Assembly (NCBI GenBank): GCA_965243135.1
Contig: OZ251539.1
Location: forward strand, 5,706,250-5,770,249
Source of the DNA: Alphaproteobacteria bacterium
Lineage (GTDB): Bacteria; Pseudomonadota; Alphaproteobacteria; MPNO01; UBA830
Reading direction: 5' to 3'
Length of the DNA stretch: 64,000 nucleotides
In this document: positions 18,102-28,009 of the stretch, piece after piece
Layout: each line of letters begins with the position of its first letter
Numbering within the stretch: position 1 is the first letter of the stretch
Made by a program: the position numbers and the translations under genes
The notes under the pieces: model-generated
The model's database searches: none
What the model saw: only the letters and a program-made list of their open reading frames with translations
What the model was told of the DNA's origin: nothing

Positions 18102-19283
18102 TCAGTTGACCAGGACCATGGCGGAGGCGGTTCCCCAGTTGCGCCCGTAGGGGATCACGCCGATGCCGGTGACCAGAGCGTTTCGCGGGTTCGGCACTTG
18201 CCGCTTTCCGGCTTCGCCCGTCAGCTGCCGCACGGCTTCGGCGAGGTTGAGCCCGCCCCCCGCCAGCCCTGGCTGGCCGCAGCTGATCTGGCCGCCGCCG
18301 GTGTTGATCGGAAGTTCGCCCTTCGGGCCGAGGTCGGTGTCGCGCAGGAACTGCGATCCTTGTCCCTTCCCGGCGAAGCCGATCTGCTCGCATTTGAGCA
18401 TCACCGCGAACAGGAAGTCGTCGTATGGATGGAACATGTCGACGTCGCGCGGCTTCATCTTCGCCTTCTTCAGGGCTTCGGGGCCCGACACGGAGTGTCC
18501 GGTCGCCGTGATGTCGGGGGTCTGGTTGGCGCAGTCGAAGTTGGAAATCTCGGCGTAGGAGAGGGGGTAGACCCGGTTGCCGAACCCGAGGCGGCGCGCG
18601 CGGCTGGTCTTCATCATGACGAGGCCGTTGCCGCCGTCGCAGAACATCACCGAATCGAGCAGCCTGAGCGGCGACGAGACCTGCCGCGATTCGAGGTAGT
18701 CGTCGACGGTGATCTTGCTGCGCAGCTTTTCGTAGGCGTTGGGATTCAGGACCGCGCCGTTCCGCTGCGCCACGGCGAGCGCGCCGAGGCCGCGGAAATC
18801 GAGGTCGTGCTCGTGGGCGTACCGGTTCATCAGCAGCCCGAACGCTCCGGGCGGCCCCTGGATGCCCACGGGATCCCAGAACTCGTTGCGGTAGCTGCCG
18901 TAATTGGCGCGCCACTGGGTCGAAGGGGCGTCCGCCGCGATCAACATGACCGTGTCGCAGAGGCCGGCCTGGAGCGCCATGGCGGCGCGGGCGACGTTGC
19001 CGATCGCCGACGCGCCGCCGAGGTCGCTGGTCTGGAGCCATCGGGCCGAGACGCCGAGGTATTCCGTCGCGTAGTTCGACCAGAACGGGTTGGCGCATTC
19101 GCTGAGCGGCACGGTGAAGGCGACGCCGTCGATGTCCCCGGGTTCGAGCCGCGTTTTCTTGTAAAGCCGTTCCGCGACCTCGGCCGCGATCTCGTAGGCC
19201 GATCTGCCGCCGCGCCGTTCGACCTTGGTTTCGGCGTAGGCGACGATGCAGACGTCCTTGTTCGCGAGGAAGTTGCCGGCCAT
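18102..19283 (-). CDS. thiolase-like (SCP-x/lipid-transfer type) protein
   Basis: 393 aa with a thiolase fold pattern (..GGASAIGNVARAAMALQAG..INTGGGQISCGQPGLAGG..). Confidence 0.8.
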   Translation of the reverse strand: MAGNFLANKDVCIVAYAETKVERRGGRSAYEIAAEVAERLYKKTRLEPGDIDGVAFTVPLSECANPFWSNYATEYLGVSARWLQTSDLGGASAIGNVARAAMALQAGLCDTVMLIAADAPSTQWRANYGSYRNEFWDPVGIQGPPGAFGLLMNRYAHEHDLDFRGLGALAVAQRNGAVLNPNAYEKLRSKITVDDYLESRQVSSPLRLLDSVMFCDGGNGLVMMKTSRARRLGFGNRVYPLSYAEISNFDCANQTPDITATGHSVSGPEALKKAKMKPRDVDMFHPYDDFLFAVMLKCEQIGFAGKGQGSQFLRDTDLGPKGELPINTGGGQISCGQPGLAGGGLNLAEAVRQLTGEAGKRQVPNPRNALVTGIGVIPYGRNWGTASAMVLVN

Positions 19284-19286
19284 GTC

Positions 19287-20132
19287 CTATTGTCCCCTGA
19301 ATTCCGGCTTGCGCCGCTCGGAGAAGGCCGCCAGGCCCTCGGTCCTGTCCTCCGACCAGGACAGCAGGTAGGCGAGGTCGGATTCCTGCTGGAAGCCGAG
19401 GTGCAGGGGCAGGTCGCGCCCCCGGTTGACGGCCTGTTTCGACATCATGGTGGCGAGCGGGCCCACCTTGTGCATTTCTTCGACGATCTCGCGCACCTTC
19501 GCGACCGCCTGTCCCTTCGGCACGACGTGGTTGACGATGCGGAGTTCGCGGGCTTCCGCGGCCGGGATTCGCCGGCCGGTCCATATCAGTTCCTTGGCGA
19601 GCGGCGCGCCGATCAGGCGCTGCAGGTTCTGGGTGCCGCCGGCGCCCGGAATCAGGCCGTGCCGGCCTTCCGGGAGGCCGAAGCTCGCGTTCTCGCCGGC
19701 GACGATGAAGTCGCCCAGCATCGCCATCTCGAAGCCGCCGCCGAGGCAGTAGCCTTCGACGGCCGAGACCACCGGCTTGGTGTAGTTCATCAGGAAGCGG
19801 TAGAGGAGCCGGTTCCTGCGGTGGTTGTATCGCGCCCGGTAGTTGTCGTAGCGGTCCTCCGGCAGATCCCGGAATCCTCCGAGATCGGCGCCGGCGCAGA
19901 AGGCGCGTTCGTCGCCCGACAGCACGACGGCGATGATCTTCCGGTCGAGTTCGACGGCGTCCATCGCGTGCATGATGTCGTCCGCCATTTCCTCGTTGAT
20001 CGCGTTCAGCCGGTCGGGCCGGTTCAACCGGATCTCGAGCGCGCCCTTGCGCTTGCGGGCCAGAATCGCGTCGTAGGACTTTCTGATCGCGCCGCCGCGG
20101 GGGCGGCGGAAGGATTCCAGCTTTCTCGCCAT
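19287..20132 (-). CDS. enoyl-CoA hydratase/isomerase (crotonase) family protein
   Basis: 281 aa. Motifs [10 protein letters not shown] and [10 protein letters not shown]. Confidence 0.9.
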   Translation of the reverse strand: MARKLESFRRPRGGAIRKSYDAILARKRKGALEIRLNRPDRLNAINEEMADDIMHAMDAVELDRKIIAVVLSGDERAFCAGADLGGFRDLPEDRYDNYRARYNHRRNRLLYRFLMNYTKPVVSAVEGYCLGGGFEMAMLGDFIVAGENASFGLPEGRHGLIPGAGGTQNLQRLIGAPLAKELIWTGRRIPAAEARELRIVNHVVPKGQAVAKVREIVEEMHKVGPLATMMSKQAVNRGRDLPLHLGFQQESDLAYLLSWSEDRTEGLAAFSERRKPEFRGQ

Positions 20133-20851
20133 GTCGGCTCCCGCTGTCCCGTAACGGCGCGGAGCGTGCCTGTCGGCGACCGCGAAGTCAAGGATGAGCG
20201 TTCGCTACCCGGGGGACGAAAAAATTTCGTCCGGGGACCGGACGCGGGATCCTTCGCCCCTTTTGCCGCGACCGACGGACGAGGGGCTTTGCCGCCGGCA
20301 ACGGCCCGGCGGGACGAGGCGCGCCAGGAAGCGGAAACGTCGCGCGGAGGCAGGCCGGCAGGCGACGTTCCGGAAAACGCAGCGGGCGCGCCGAGGCGGC
20401 GCGCAACGAGCCGCCTGAAGTCGGCCTCTTCGGCGAACGAGCGGGCCGCCCGCGGCGAAGCCGAGGGAGCGACTCGACGAACGCGGCAACGCCCGCGGCG
20501 CGCAAGTTTGACAAGTTCGAGAGCGAGCGCGCCCGAGGCGCGCCCGAGGCGCGCAGGAGAGCGGCGCGGAACGAGAAGCCCGGCGGGGGCGACAGCCCGG
20601 GTCGCCGTCGCGCGGACGCGCGCCGCGCTTGCCGGGTTCCCGGCCGCCGTCAACGGCAAGCCTTGCGCGAGAAACGGAGAAAAGGCCGCTCGTCGAGTTT
20701 CGCGCCGCGGCGTTGTCGCCGGCCCCCGTTCGACGCCGAAGCGGGAGGCGCGCCGGCGCCGCGGTCGGTCGCGAACGACGGCGCCGGCACTTGCGCCCCG
20801 CGCGACCGCGACAGTCGCTCGACTTCGAGGTTTCGCCGGCGGGGAAGGCCG

Positions 20852-21295
20852 TCAGGCGCCCCCCGCCCCGTCGTCCGTCGGCGTCGTCCGTTCGGCGACG
20901 GTTTCCGGCGCGGCGGTCTGGCGGATCAGCGCCTTGAGCGCCGTCATGCTCTCCTCGTGGCGGCGTTCGTCGGCTTCGCGCTGCTGCTGCAGGGCTTGCA
21001 GCATGGCCTCGTGGCGGCGCTCTTCGGCTTCGCGCTGCTGCTGCATGGCTTCGCTCTGCTGCTGCATGGCCGCGCTCTGCTGCTGCATGGCCGCGCGCTG
21101 CTGTTCCATCGCTTCCTCGTGGCGGCGCTCTTCGGCTTCGCGCTGCTGCTGCATGGCTGCGCTCTGCTGTTGCCCGCGTTCGTCGCTGGCGCGGACCATC
21201 GCGCGGATGCCATACCAGATGCCGACGGCCGCGACGACGGCCGCGAGCGCGTTGACGGAAGCGACGGCGAGATTGGCGATCACGACGGCACTCAT
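20852..21295 (-). CDS. small membrane-anchored protein with Q/E/R-rich heptad repeats (hypothetical)
   Basis: ORF 20852..21355 trimmed to MSAVVIANLAVASVNALAAVVAAVGIWYGI (one TM helix). This is followed by AMQQQ(R/S)EAEERRHE-type repeats. An AAGGA RBS is present. Confidence 0.5.
   Translation of the reverse strand: MSAVVIANLAVASVNALAAVVAAVGIWYGIRAMVRASDERGQQQSAAMQQQREAEERRHEEAMEQQRAAMQQQSAAMQQQSEAMQQQREAEERRHEAMLQALQQQREADERRHEESMTALKALIRQTAAPETVAERTTPTDDGAGGA
20952..21157 (-). repeat. internal DNA repeats of the heptad-repeat gene
   Basis: The 44-nt unit cctcgtggcggcgctcttcggcttcgcgctgctgctgcatggct occurs at 21007 and 21114, with a diverged copy at 20952. 21-nt ctgctgctgcatggc units lie between them. 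Confidence 0.7.
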
Positions 21296-21680
21296 GAGCG
21301 TCCTTTCTGGAGACGGTTTCGGAGACAATATCCGCGGCGCCGATGCGATCGTCAAGAGAGAGAAGGGAGAGACGTTTGCGCCAGGGCGAGAACGGGGCGG
21401 CGGCGTTCATTGCCCGTCCTCGGGGCGGCAGCAGGGGCGGCGCGCAGGACGACCCGCAAGCGGCGAAACGCCTGAACTCCAGGCCGCGGTTCCGTCGAAC
21501 GGGAGCGTCGTCCGGTCGAGCGAGGCGGACCCGTCGAACCTCTTGGGTTCGGCCATGGGCGGAAAGCCTGAGGAAACATGCAACCAGCGTGGGCCCGCCT
21601 GGAGGCGGAACAGGCAGGTCGCCCCGCGACCGAACGCTTACAGTCAAGGAGACCCTTGCGCTGTTCATAACGTCCTGAAA

Positions 21681-21775
21681 CAGCTTTCAGGGGCGCGAAT
21701 TTTCTTTTCCTCAGGTACGGAAGACTGCGAACTTTCCGCGCTGAGACCGCCGTTTTCGCAGGTTCCGCTCCAAAC
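21681..21775 (+). repeat. dispersed intergenic repeat family 1, copy b
   Basis: cagctttcaggggcgcgaattttc..ggtacggaagactgcgaactttc..gaccgccgttttcgcagg. Confidence 0.5.
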
Positions 21776-21921
21776 ACCGTTTCGCGACCGCATGTCCGCG
21801 TCACGGCTCGGTTCGTCCGAGTTCGCCGCGCGGCGCCGGAGCGACCGGGCAGTCCATTTTCGTTCCGCGGTTGCCCGCCTGCGCGACCCTTACGGGGTCG
21901 CCGGCCGGGCGGCGAGCCGAC

Positions 21922-21949
21922 AAAAAAACCGCACAGCGCGAATGCCTCC
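21922..21949 (+). repeat. conserved motif, copy 3 of 5
   Basis: aaaaaaaccgcacagcgcgaatgcctcc, 57 nt upstream of the antitoxin GTG. Confidence 0.55.
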
Positions 21950-21954
21950 GAGTC

Positions 21955-21983
21955 TTGATTTGCAAGCCCATAGAGCTTACGCT
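21955..21983 (+). promoter_or_regulatory. candidate sigma70 promoter of the DUF1778 antitoxin gene
   Basis: TTGATT(21955-60), 17 nt, TACGCT(21978-83), 22 nt before GTG 22006. A GGGAGA RBS lies in between. Confidence 0.45.
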
Positions 21984-22005
21984 CCTGACAGAACGGGAGA
22001 CAGCA

Positions 22006-22293
22006 GTGCGTCAAGCCAGAACCGAACGCGTGCAGATGCGCATTGACCCTGCGGCAAAGCGCAGGTTGGAGCGCGCTGCGGCGTTGTCGAACACGACAGT
22101 ATCGGCCTTCGTTGCGAGCCATGCGCTTGAAGCCGCCGATCGCATGATTCGCGAATGTGAGCGGATCGTCATCAGCGATCGGGACTGGGACTTGTTCATC
22201 GATACTCTCGCCGACCCTCCCGAACCGAATGCCGCGCTGCGCAAAGCATGGGCGACGCATAGACGCATGGTCTCGAAGACCGCCAGCGTGTGA
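22006..22293 (+). CDS. DUF1778 (TacA-like) RHH antitoxin
   Basis: 95 aa from the GTG: VQMRIDPAAKRRLERAAALSNTTVSAFV..DWDLFIDTLADPPEPNAALRKAW matches the DUF1778 pattern. Confidence 0.75.
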   Translation: MRQARTERVQMRIDPAAKRRLERAAALSNTTVSAFVASHALEAADRMIRECERIVISDRDWDLFIDTLADPPEPNAALRKAWATHRRMVSKTASV

Positions 22294-22790
22294 CCTTCGC
22301 TTTCGAGGCGCCGGCGCGGCGTCACGACCGGTCGCGATGCGGCTCCGAGCCTCTCGACAGATACCCGGCAAGCATCCCAGGATGTCCGGCGCAGGGTGGC
22401 GCGGGTGTTTGTCGCTATTCCAGGCAAAGCGGCAGGATACTCTCAGCGCGGCCAGCGCGGACCGCGCTGCCGTCAGAGGCGGCGCGCCGTCTGCCTCCGG
22501 TTCCTGTAGCGCGGACGGCTGGCGGTAGACCGGCGCCGAAGCGGTCAGGGCCCGGCTTTCCTCGCGGACGCCTTGCGCCGGGTGGTTCGCGCCAGCGAAG
22601 CGCTTGCGATCCACGCGGTCGTCGCGAAGGATGCGCACGCCCTTCTACGAACGTTTTGAGTTTATGCGGTTGCCGGAGGCCGGAAAGCGCTTTCCCGTCG
22701 CTTCAACCGAACGGCCGATTGATCCTGTGCAGGTCTTCAGGGACGAACCCGGCGTCGGCCCGCATCAGTTCGCAAGCCCGCGCTTCCTGA
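22290..22790 (+). pseudogene. GNAT (TacT-like) toxin, multiply frameshifted
   Basis: The expected segments are spread over three frames: HDRSRCGSEPLDRY; QASQDVRRRVARVFVA; LSA..ALPSEAARRLPPVPVAR; LAVDRRRSGQGPAFLADALRRVVRASEALAIHAVV; FYERFEFMRLPEAGKRF. Confidence 0.65.
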
Positions 22791-23061
22791 ACAACATGGA
22801 CCGCGTCCCTCTCAACGCCGGGCGCGATATCGTCACCCGCATGGTTGTCGCCCTTGGGCGCGCGCCGTTCGAAGACGCCAGCTCTTCAAGTTCATCGACG
22901 CCTCCAACGATCATCCACATGGCGCGGACCGGGCGAGCGGATGACGAAAAGACGGCGCGACGCGAACGCCTTTCGAAGCGTCGGCCGGCGGAGCGGCCCG
23001 GTGGACGGTTCGCCGCCGCTGCGATAGGTTGCGCCGCGTCGGTTCTGGCGGAGGGAGAAGC

Positions 23062-24576
23062 ATGGACACGTATCGACTCTATATCGGCGGCAGGTTCGTG
23101 GACGCTGAAGGCGGCGCGACGAAGCCGACCGTCAACCCGTACGACGGTTCGGAAATCGCAGCGGTGCCCGTTGCGAGCGCCGCGGACGCCCGCGCCGCGG
23201 TTGCGGCGGCCCGCCGGGCGTTCGACGAGGGGCCCTGGCCGCGGATGTCGGGCGAGGAGCGCAGCGCGATCATTTGTTCGCTGGCGGCCAGGATGAAGGA
23301 GCGGCAGAAGGATCTGGCGCGAATCGAGTCGCTGGATTCCGGAGGCACGATCGCCAAGACCGGCGCCGACGCCTATCTCGCCCAGCGGCAGATGAACTAT
23401 TTCGGGGAGATGGCGAAGAACTACAACGCCGAGCCGGAAGAGATCGCGGGCATGTCGCGCCCCGGCCGGTCGTACAATTTCACCATCCGCGAGCCGATCG
23501 GCGTCTGCGCGTCGATCATCCCCTGGAACTTCCCGTTGATGATGGCGGTCTGGAAGCTCGGGCCGGCGCTCGCGACCGGCAACGCGATCGTGCTCAAGCC
23601 GGCGACGGACACGCCGCTTTCCGCCCTGGAGCTCGCGCGTCTCGTGGACGAATGCGGCTTTCCGGAAGGCGTGGTCAACATCGTCACGGGTCCCGGCGGG
23701 CGGATCGGCGAGACGCTGACGACCAGCGCCGACGTCGACAAGGTCGCCTTCACCGGCTCCACCGAGGTGGGGCGCGACATCATGTCCAGAGCGGCGGGAA
23801 CGTTGAAGAAGGTGACGCTCGAGTGCGGCGGAAAGTCGGCCAACATCGTCTGCCACGACGCCAACTGGGACATCGCGGTCGACGGGTCGATCTTCGCCTC
23901 GTTCTATCATCAGGGACAGGTCTGCGAATCCGGCACGCGGCTGCTGCTGCCGGCGAGCCAGCACGATTCGTTCGTGGAAAAGATGGTCGCGAAGCTGGAG
24001 GCGCTGCCGATGGGCGATCCGCTCGATCCGGCGACGAAGGTCGGTCCGGTCGTTTCCGAGAAGCACATGCAGACGGTTCTCGACTACATCGAGAAGGGAA
24101 AGGCGGAGGGAGCGACGCTCGCCTGCGGCGGCGAACGCGCGAAGGACGGCGATCTGGCGCGGGGCTGCTTCGTCAAGCCGACCGTCTTCACGGACGTGAC
24201 CAACGACATGGCGATCGCGCGCGAGGAAATCTTCGGTCCGGTGCTCTGCGTCATGAAGTACGAGAGCGAGGACGAGGCGGTGTCGATCGCCAACGATTCA
24301 ATCTACGGTCTCGGCGGCGGCGTCTGGTCGGAGGATCTGGACCGCGCGCGGTCGCTGGCGGCCCGATTGCGGACCGGCACTGTGTGGATCAACGACTGGC
24401 ACCTGTTGTCCGAACGGATGCCGTTCGGCGGGTACAAGCAGTCGGGCATCGGACGCGAGTTCGGCGAGGAGGGCTTGAACGAATACACCGAAGTCAAGGC
24501 GCTGCACGTGGACGACGCCAAGACGCGGGAGAACAAGCCTTGGTACGACATGTTGGTGCCGCGCGACGCGGCGTGA
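23062..24576 (+). CDS. NAD(P)-dependent aldehyde dehydrogenase
   Basis: 504 aa from MDTYRLYIGG, with a ggagggaga RBS. ALDH motifs FTGSTEVGR and LECGGKS, and the EEIFGPV region. Confidence 0.95.
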   Translation: MDTYRLYIGGRFVDAEGGATKPTVNPYDGSEIAAVPVASAADARAAVAAARRAFDEGPWPRMSGEERSAIICSLAARMKERQKDLARIESLDSGGTIAKTGADAYLAQRQMNYFGEMAKNYNAEPEEIAGMSRPGRSYNFTIREPIGVCASIIPWNFPLMMAVWKLGPALATGNAIVLKPATDTPLSALELARLVDECGFPEGVVNIVTGPGGRIGETLTTSADVDKVAFTGSTEVGRDIMSRAAGTLKKVTLECGGKSANIVCHDANWDIAVDGSIFASFYHQGQVCESGTRLLLPASQHDSFVEKMVAKLEALPMGDPLDPATKVGPVVSEKHMQTVLDYIEKGKAEGATLACGGERAKDGDLARGCFVKPTVFTDVTNDMAIAREEIFGPVLCVMKYESEDEAVSIANDSIYGLGGGVWSEDLDRARSLAARLRTGTVWINDWHLLSERMPFGGYKQSGIGREFGEEGLNEYTEVKALHVDDAKTRENKPWYDMLVPRDAA

Positions 24577-25155
24577 ACGCCGCTTCGTCGAACTGGCCGC
24601 ACGGTCGCAGCAGGCTCACGAAGCGCGCGTCTGCGGGCGGGGGAAACCGTTAACCCCGGGGCGGAGAGCCGGATGATCCGGTCGCGCGTCGGCAACGGAA
24701 TGCGGTGCAAGACGTTCGTCGCTGTGATGATTTCGTTCGCCGGATTGCGCGGGAAGCCCGAGCGCGTGGACGTGAGGTCGATAGGCCTTATACCAGACCT
24801 GTTATAAATGACCTGTTTTGTGGGGGTTACAGTAGCCCAAGCCCGGTTCACTATAGAAGCGATTTCAGCCGGAGAATCGCATAGCCAACCTTTCCGCGTC
24901 GCGAACCTCCGAGACATCCTTGAACACGCGATTCGCGAAGCGATTTGTTGTGTAACTTACCCCAAGCTGCCGGCCACACGAAACCGTTCCGCGAATCGAA
25001 GATTTTTTCGCGGTGGTGATTGCCGTTCGAGAACTCGGGAGTGTGACGCTGAGGGCTGCCCGTAACGCCCTGTCTTCGCGCCGCGACGCCCGAACGCGGA
25101 ACGGGTATGTCGGCAAGCGGCGCGAAGCCGGGTGAACCATGCCCAAAGTTACATG

Positions 25156-25545
25156 CTACGGGGTGAGTAGGTGCCGATCATGAGCGTTTGTTTCAGGTAC
25201 GACATTCTCCATTGGATCCAGATCTGGACTGTAGGGTGGTAGAAGCAGGAGAGTTATGTTTTCGGGAAGCTCTTTACTTTTATGCCAGCCGGCACCGACG
25301 AGAGCCAGAACGCACTGGCTTCCCAGTTGTACGGAAGCACTGATGAAGGCGAGGTGTTCGTTCATGGATTCCGTGTTGGCGCGGCGTGGCCGACCGTAAG
25401 CTTTCTTTCTGCGCACGCAGCCCCGAAAAGATAGACGTAGCCGTAGTGGTGGCCGCGGCGGTCGTTCGTGCGTGCTCACAGCCACGACAACATCCCCGCC
25501 AATTCTGCCTCGTCCTGGAACCCGTCCGCCCGGCCTTGGACCCTA
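25156..25545 (-). pseudogene. IS630/Tc1-mariner family transposase, 3' fragment
   Basis: ..NTESMNEHLAFISASV..GAGWHKSKELPENITLLLLPPYSPDLDPMENV (DDE C-terminal region). The preceding YGYVYLFGAACAE and DEA..G segments are in other frames. The 5' half is missing where the low-GC DNA begins. Confidence 0.65.
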
Positions 25546-25623
25546 CGGCATCTTTTATCACCCACTACCAACTCCGATGTGCTGATGGGCAGGCATGGGA
25601 TAATTGGGACAGAATGAGTCAGA

Positions 25624-27075
25624 TTAAACCTGTATCGAATCGAGAATACTTGTCACATCTTGTGGTTGAAGTGCCCATCGGTATGCAGGATGAACTTCCC
25701 AATCGTATCCAAAATCTATAACTTCACTTGCCAAAAATCTATTTTGATCAAAATATCTTCTATCGATTCCGGATGATGTATCCTTTCTTGCAGTGATAAA
25801 GTCTATCTTATAAAGAAATTGTATCAGAGACTTTGGTGTGACGGGTCTTCCATTTTTATAGTGAAGAGCCGAATGATCTATGATCTCTTTCATTTTTAGA
25901 ACAAGCCTATCCGTAGCATATAGAAAACTACTGGAAGTTCTCCTTTCTCTCTTTGTTTGCCGCATACCTAACAACAACTTCTCAATCTGTGGAAGCTCAC
26001 TCGAAAACTCATTTATTGTATCTTGAAGCCTTTCCAGTGAATACGGCTCAAATACTGCCTCCAAATTCCCTGTGCTGATTATCTGACTATCATGCATATA
26101 CGCGTTTCGAGCCGCACTGTGCATAAGTTTGATCAAATCTCTTGGCCTCCGTCTCGTCAGAGAGAGTAAGACGTTATGTATAGGGCGGTTACTCCAGTGG
26201 CCTCTTCCTCCGAAATTCGGATCCATAATTTTCGATAGTATATTCTTGGATATATCGGTCTGATTCATTCTCAATATAGCTTCTTGATCACATTCTCCGT
26301 CGAAGAAAGTTAAAACTCTTTTTGCAATTACAGAAAGTATTTCGTGATTGGTCCAAGAGAGCCAGATCACATGACGTTCTATTTTATCAGTCGACTCGTC
26401 AGAAGTCCGGACAAGATAATAAACATCTGTTCTCAGGCCAATACGAAATTTGATCCGACTGTCCGATCCAGAGAGGTCGCGAATGGCGTTTAGTAATGCA
26501 GAAATATTTCTTATACTACTTTCTGACGCATCCCATCCTCGGTCTATATCGTCTATATAAACGTTTATAGAACGATCTTGTAGAAATCTTTCAACAACTC
26601 TTCTTTTCAAATCATCCATGATAGATGGGCGTATATTTTCCAATGCTATTTTGATAGATTCAATCACATACCCCATGCTTTTCTTTGCAATTTGAGCATT
26701 CTGATTACTATCACCGCTATTAGTTATTCGAGAAATCGCTTTATGTATTATCGCTGAAACTAAACCAAGTTTCCAATTTTCAATGAGTTGATTGAATTCC
26801 GACTTGTCTGCATTCCCAACATGAGCAATGAGGTCATTGGGTCTAATCCAAACCGATAGCCTTAAATTTTCTTCATCGTCGATATATGCGCGACGTAATA
26901 AGGCACTCTTGCCTATTCCCTTGTGACCGACTAATATCCGTATCGGAATATCAACGATGAGATTTTCATAAGTCCGGTTGGAGAAAAAATATTCTTTAAA
27001 TCTCTCCAAGTTTTCGTTCTCAGCGTCTTCAGCTCCAAACAGACGTTCGTTTGTCGCGTCATCGAATTTAAACAT
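25624..27075 (-). CDS. stand-alone P-loop NTPase (STAND/Sll1717-like by eye), 483 aa
   Basis: Walker A VGHKGIGKSALL and Walker B INVYIDDIDRGWD. AAGGAGAG RBS. The segment is about 33% GC, against about 65% in the flanks. Confidence 0.8.
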   Translation of the reverse strand: MFKFDDATNERLFGAEDAENENLERFKEYFFSNRTYENLIVDIPIRILVGHKGIGKSALLRRAYIDDEENLRLSVWIRPNDLIAHVGNADKSEFNQLIENWKLGLVSAIIHKAISRITNSGDSNQNAQIAKKSMGYVIESIKIALENIRPSIMDDLKRRVVERFLQDRSINVYIDDIDRGWDASESSIRNISALLNAIRDLSGSDSRIKFRIGLRTDVYYLVRTSDESTDKIERHVIWLSWTNHEILSVIAKRVLTFFDGECDQEAILRMNQTDISKNILSKIMDPNFGGRGHWSNRPIHNVLLSLTRRRPRDLIKLMHSAARNAYMHDSQIISTGNLEAVFEPYSLERLQDTINEFSSELPQIEKLLLGMRQTKRERRTSSSFLYATDRLVLKMKEIIDHSALHYKNGRPVTPKSLIQFLYKIDFITARKDTSSGIDRRYFDQNRFLASEVIDFGYDWEVHPAYRWALQPQDVTSILDSIQV

Positions 27076-28009
27076 ATCTAACTCTCCTTTACAAACCTAT
27101 TCCGGCAAGCATGTCTCATAGCCATATGGACCCCCTTCTTGTCTACCCGGTTTCGTCGAGGGCTTCAACAATCAGGGTTGCCCCCTCCCGGACTACGATC
27201 TCAGCTTCCTCACTGCGCCGTTACCCTGTTCAGCGTAGCGAAGCGCGCAGCTTGTCGGAAACCGCTGCAAAGATCGGGCCACGCTCCCTGACCTTGAGTA
27301 GCACCCCGCGCACAGCTTCATGAGGGCAAGCATACATCGATACGAAAGTCGACACACACTCTTTCTTCACCGCTCCACCTCTCCCACGTTCGGTGACCTT
27401 GCCACAAACTCGGAGGCCGATCATGGCTTGCCTATGCAATCTTTTCAGACATCAGCCAACTCGAAGCGCTGTTGGGGGTGTGGAAAAGCACGGCTTCGGC
27501 CGCGTCGGTAGGCGGCCGCATACGGCCCGTTCCGTGACAGTTCGCGCACCCGAACCGATGCGGGTTCTGGTTCAGCACCGGCGACGCTCGTTTCCCTTCC
27601 TCCCGGTAATAAAGCAGGTAGCCTCGGCGTCACCTGTCGATGTCGCTGCCTTCCAAGTAGAAGCTTCAAGATAGCGCTCCGCGCTTCGAGTCTTCCCGCA
27701 CGATCGCCACGGTGCCGACGCCCTCTGCCCGAAGCGGCGGCGAGATACCGCCATGGCCGCACTTTCAACCCGAAACCGCGCATGACCTCGAAGCGGCAGG
27801 GCTGGAGCGCCGACCTCTGCCGCGCCTTGTGGATTCTGGACGGGGCCGCCATCCTGACAGCGCTTCGGTTCCTGCCGACTATGCGCCCGGAGCACGGCTT
27901 TTCCCAAGGGAAACGGGGCGTTGCGGCGGGAGCGTCGGTTCGTGCGGGCCGCACCAGAGACATGGTGGACTTCCCCCGTTGTTCAAACCATCGGGCAGGT
28001 AACGGAACG

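Noticed and set aside
18198-22046. 1282-aa plus-strand ORF
   Set aside because: It is antisense to the thiolase and crotonase genes and then runs through repeat-rich intergenic DNA. Its composition is Arg/Ala/Pro-rich and it has no domains.
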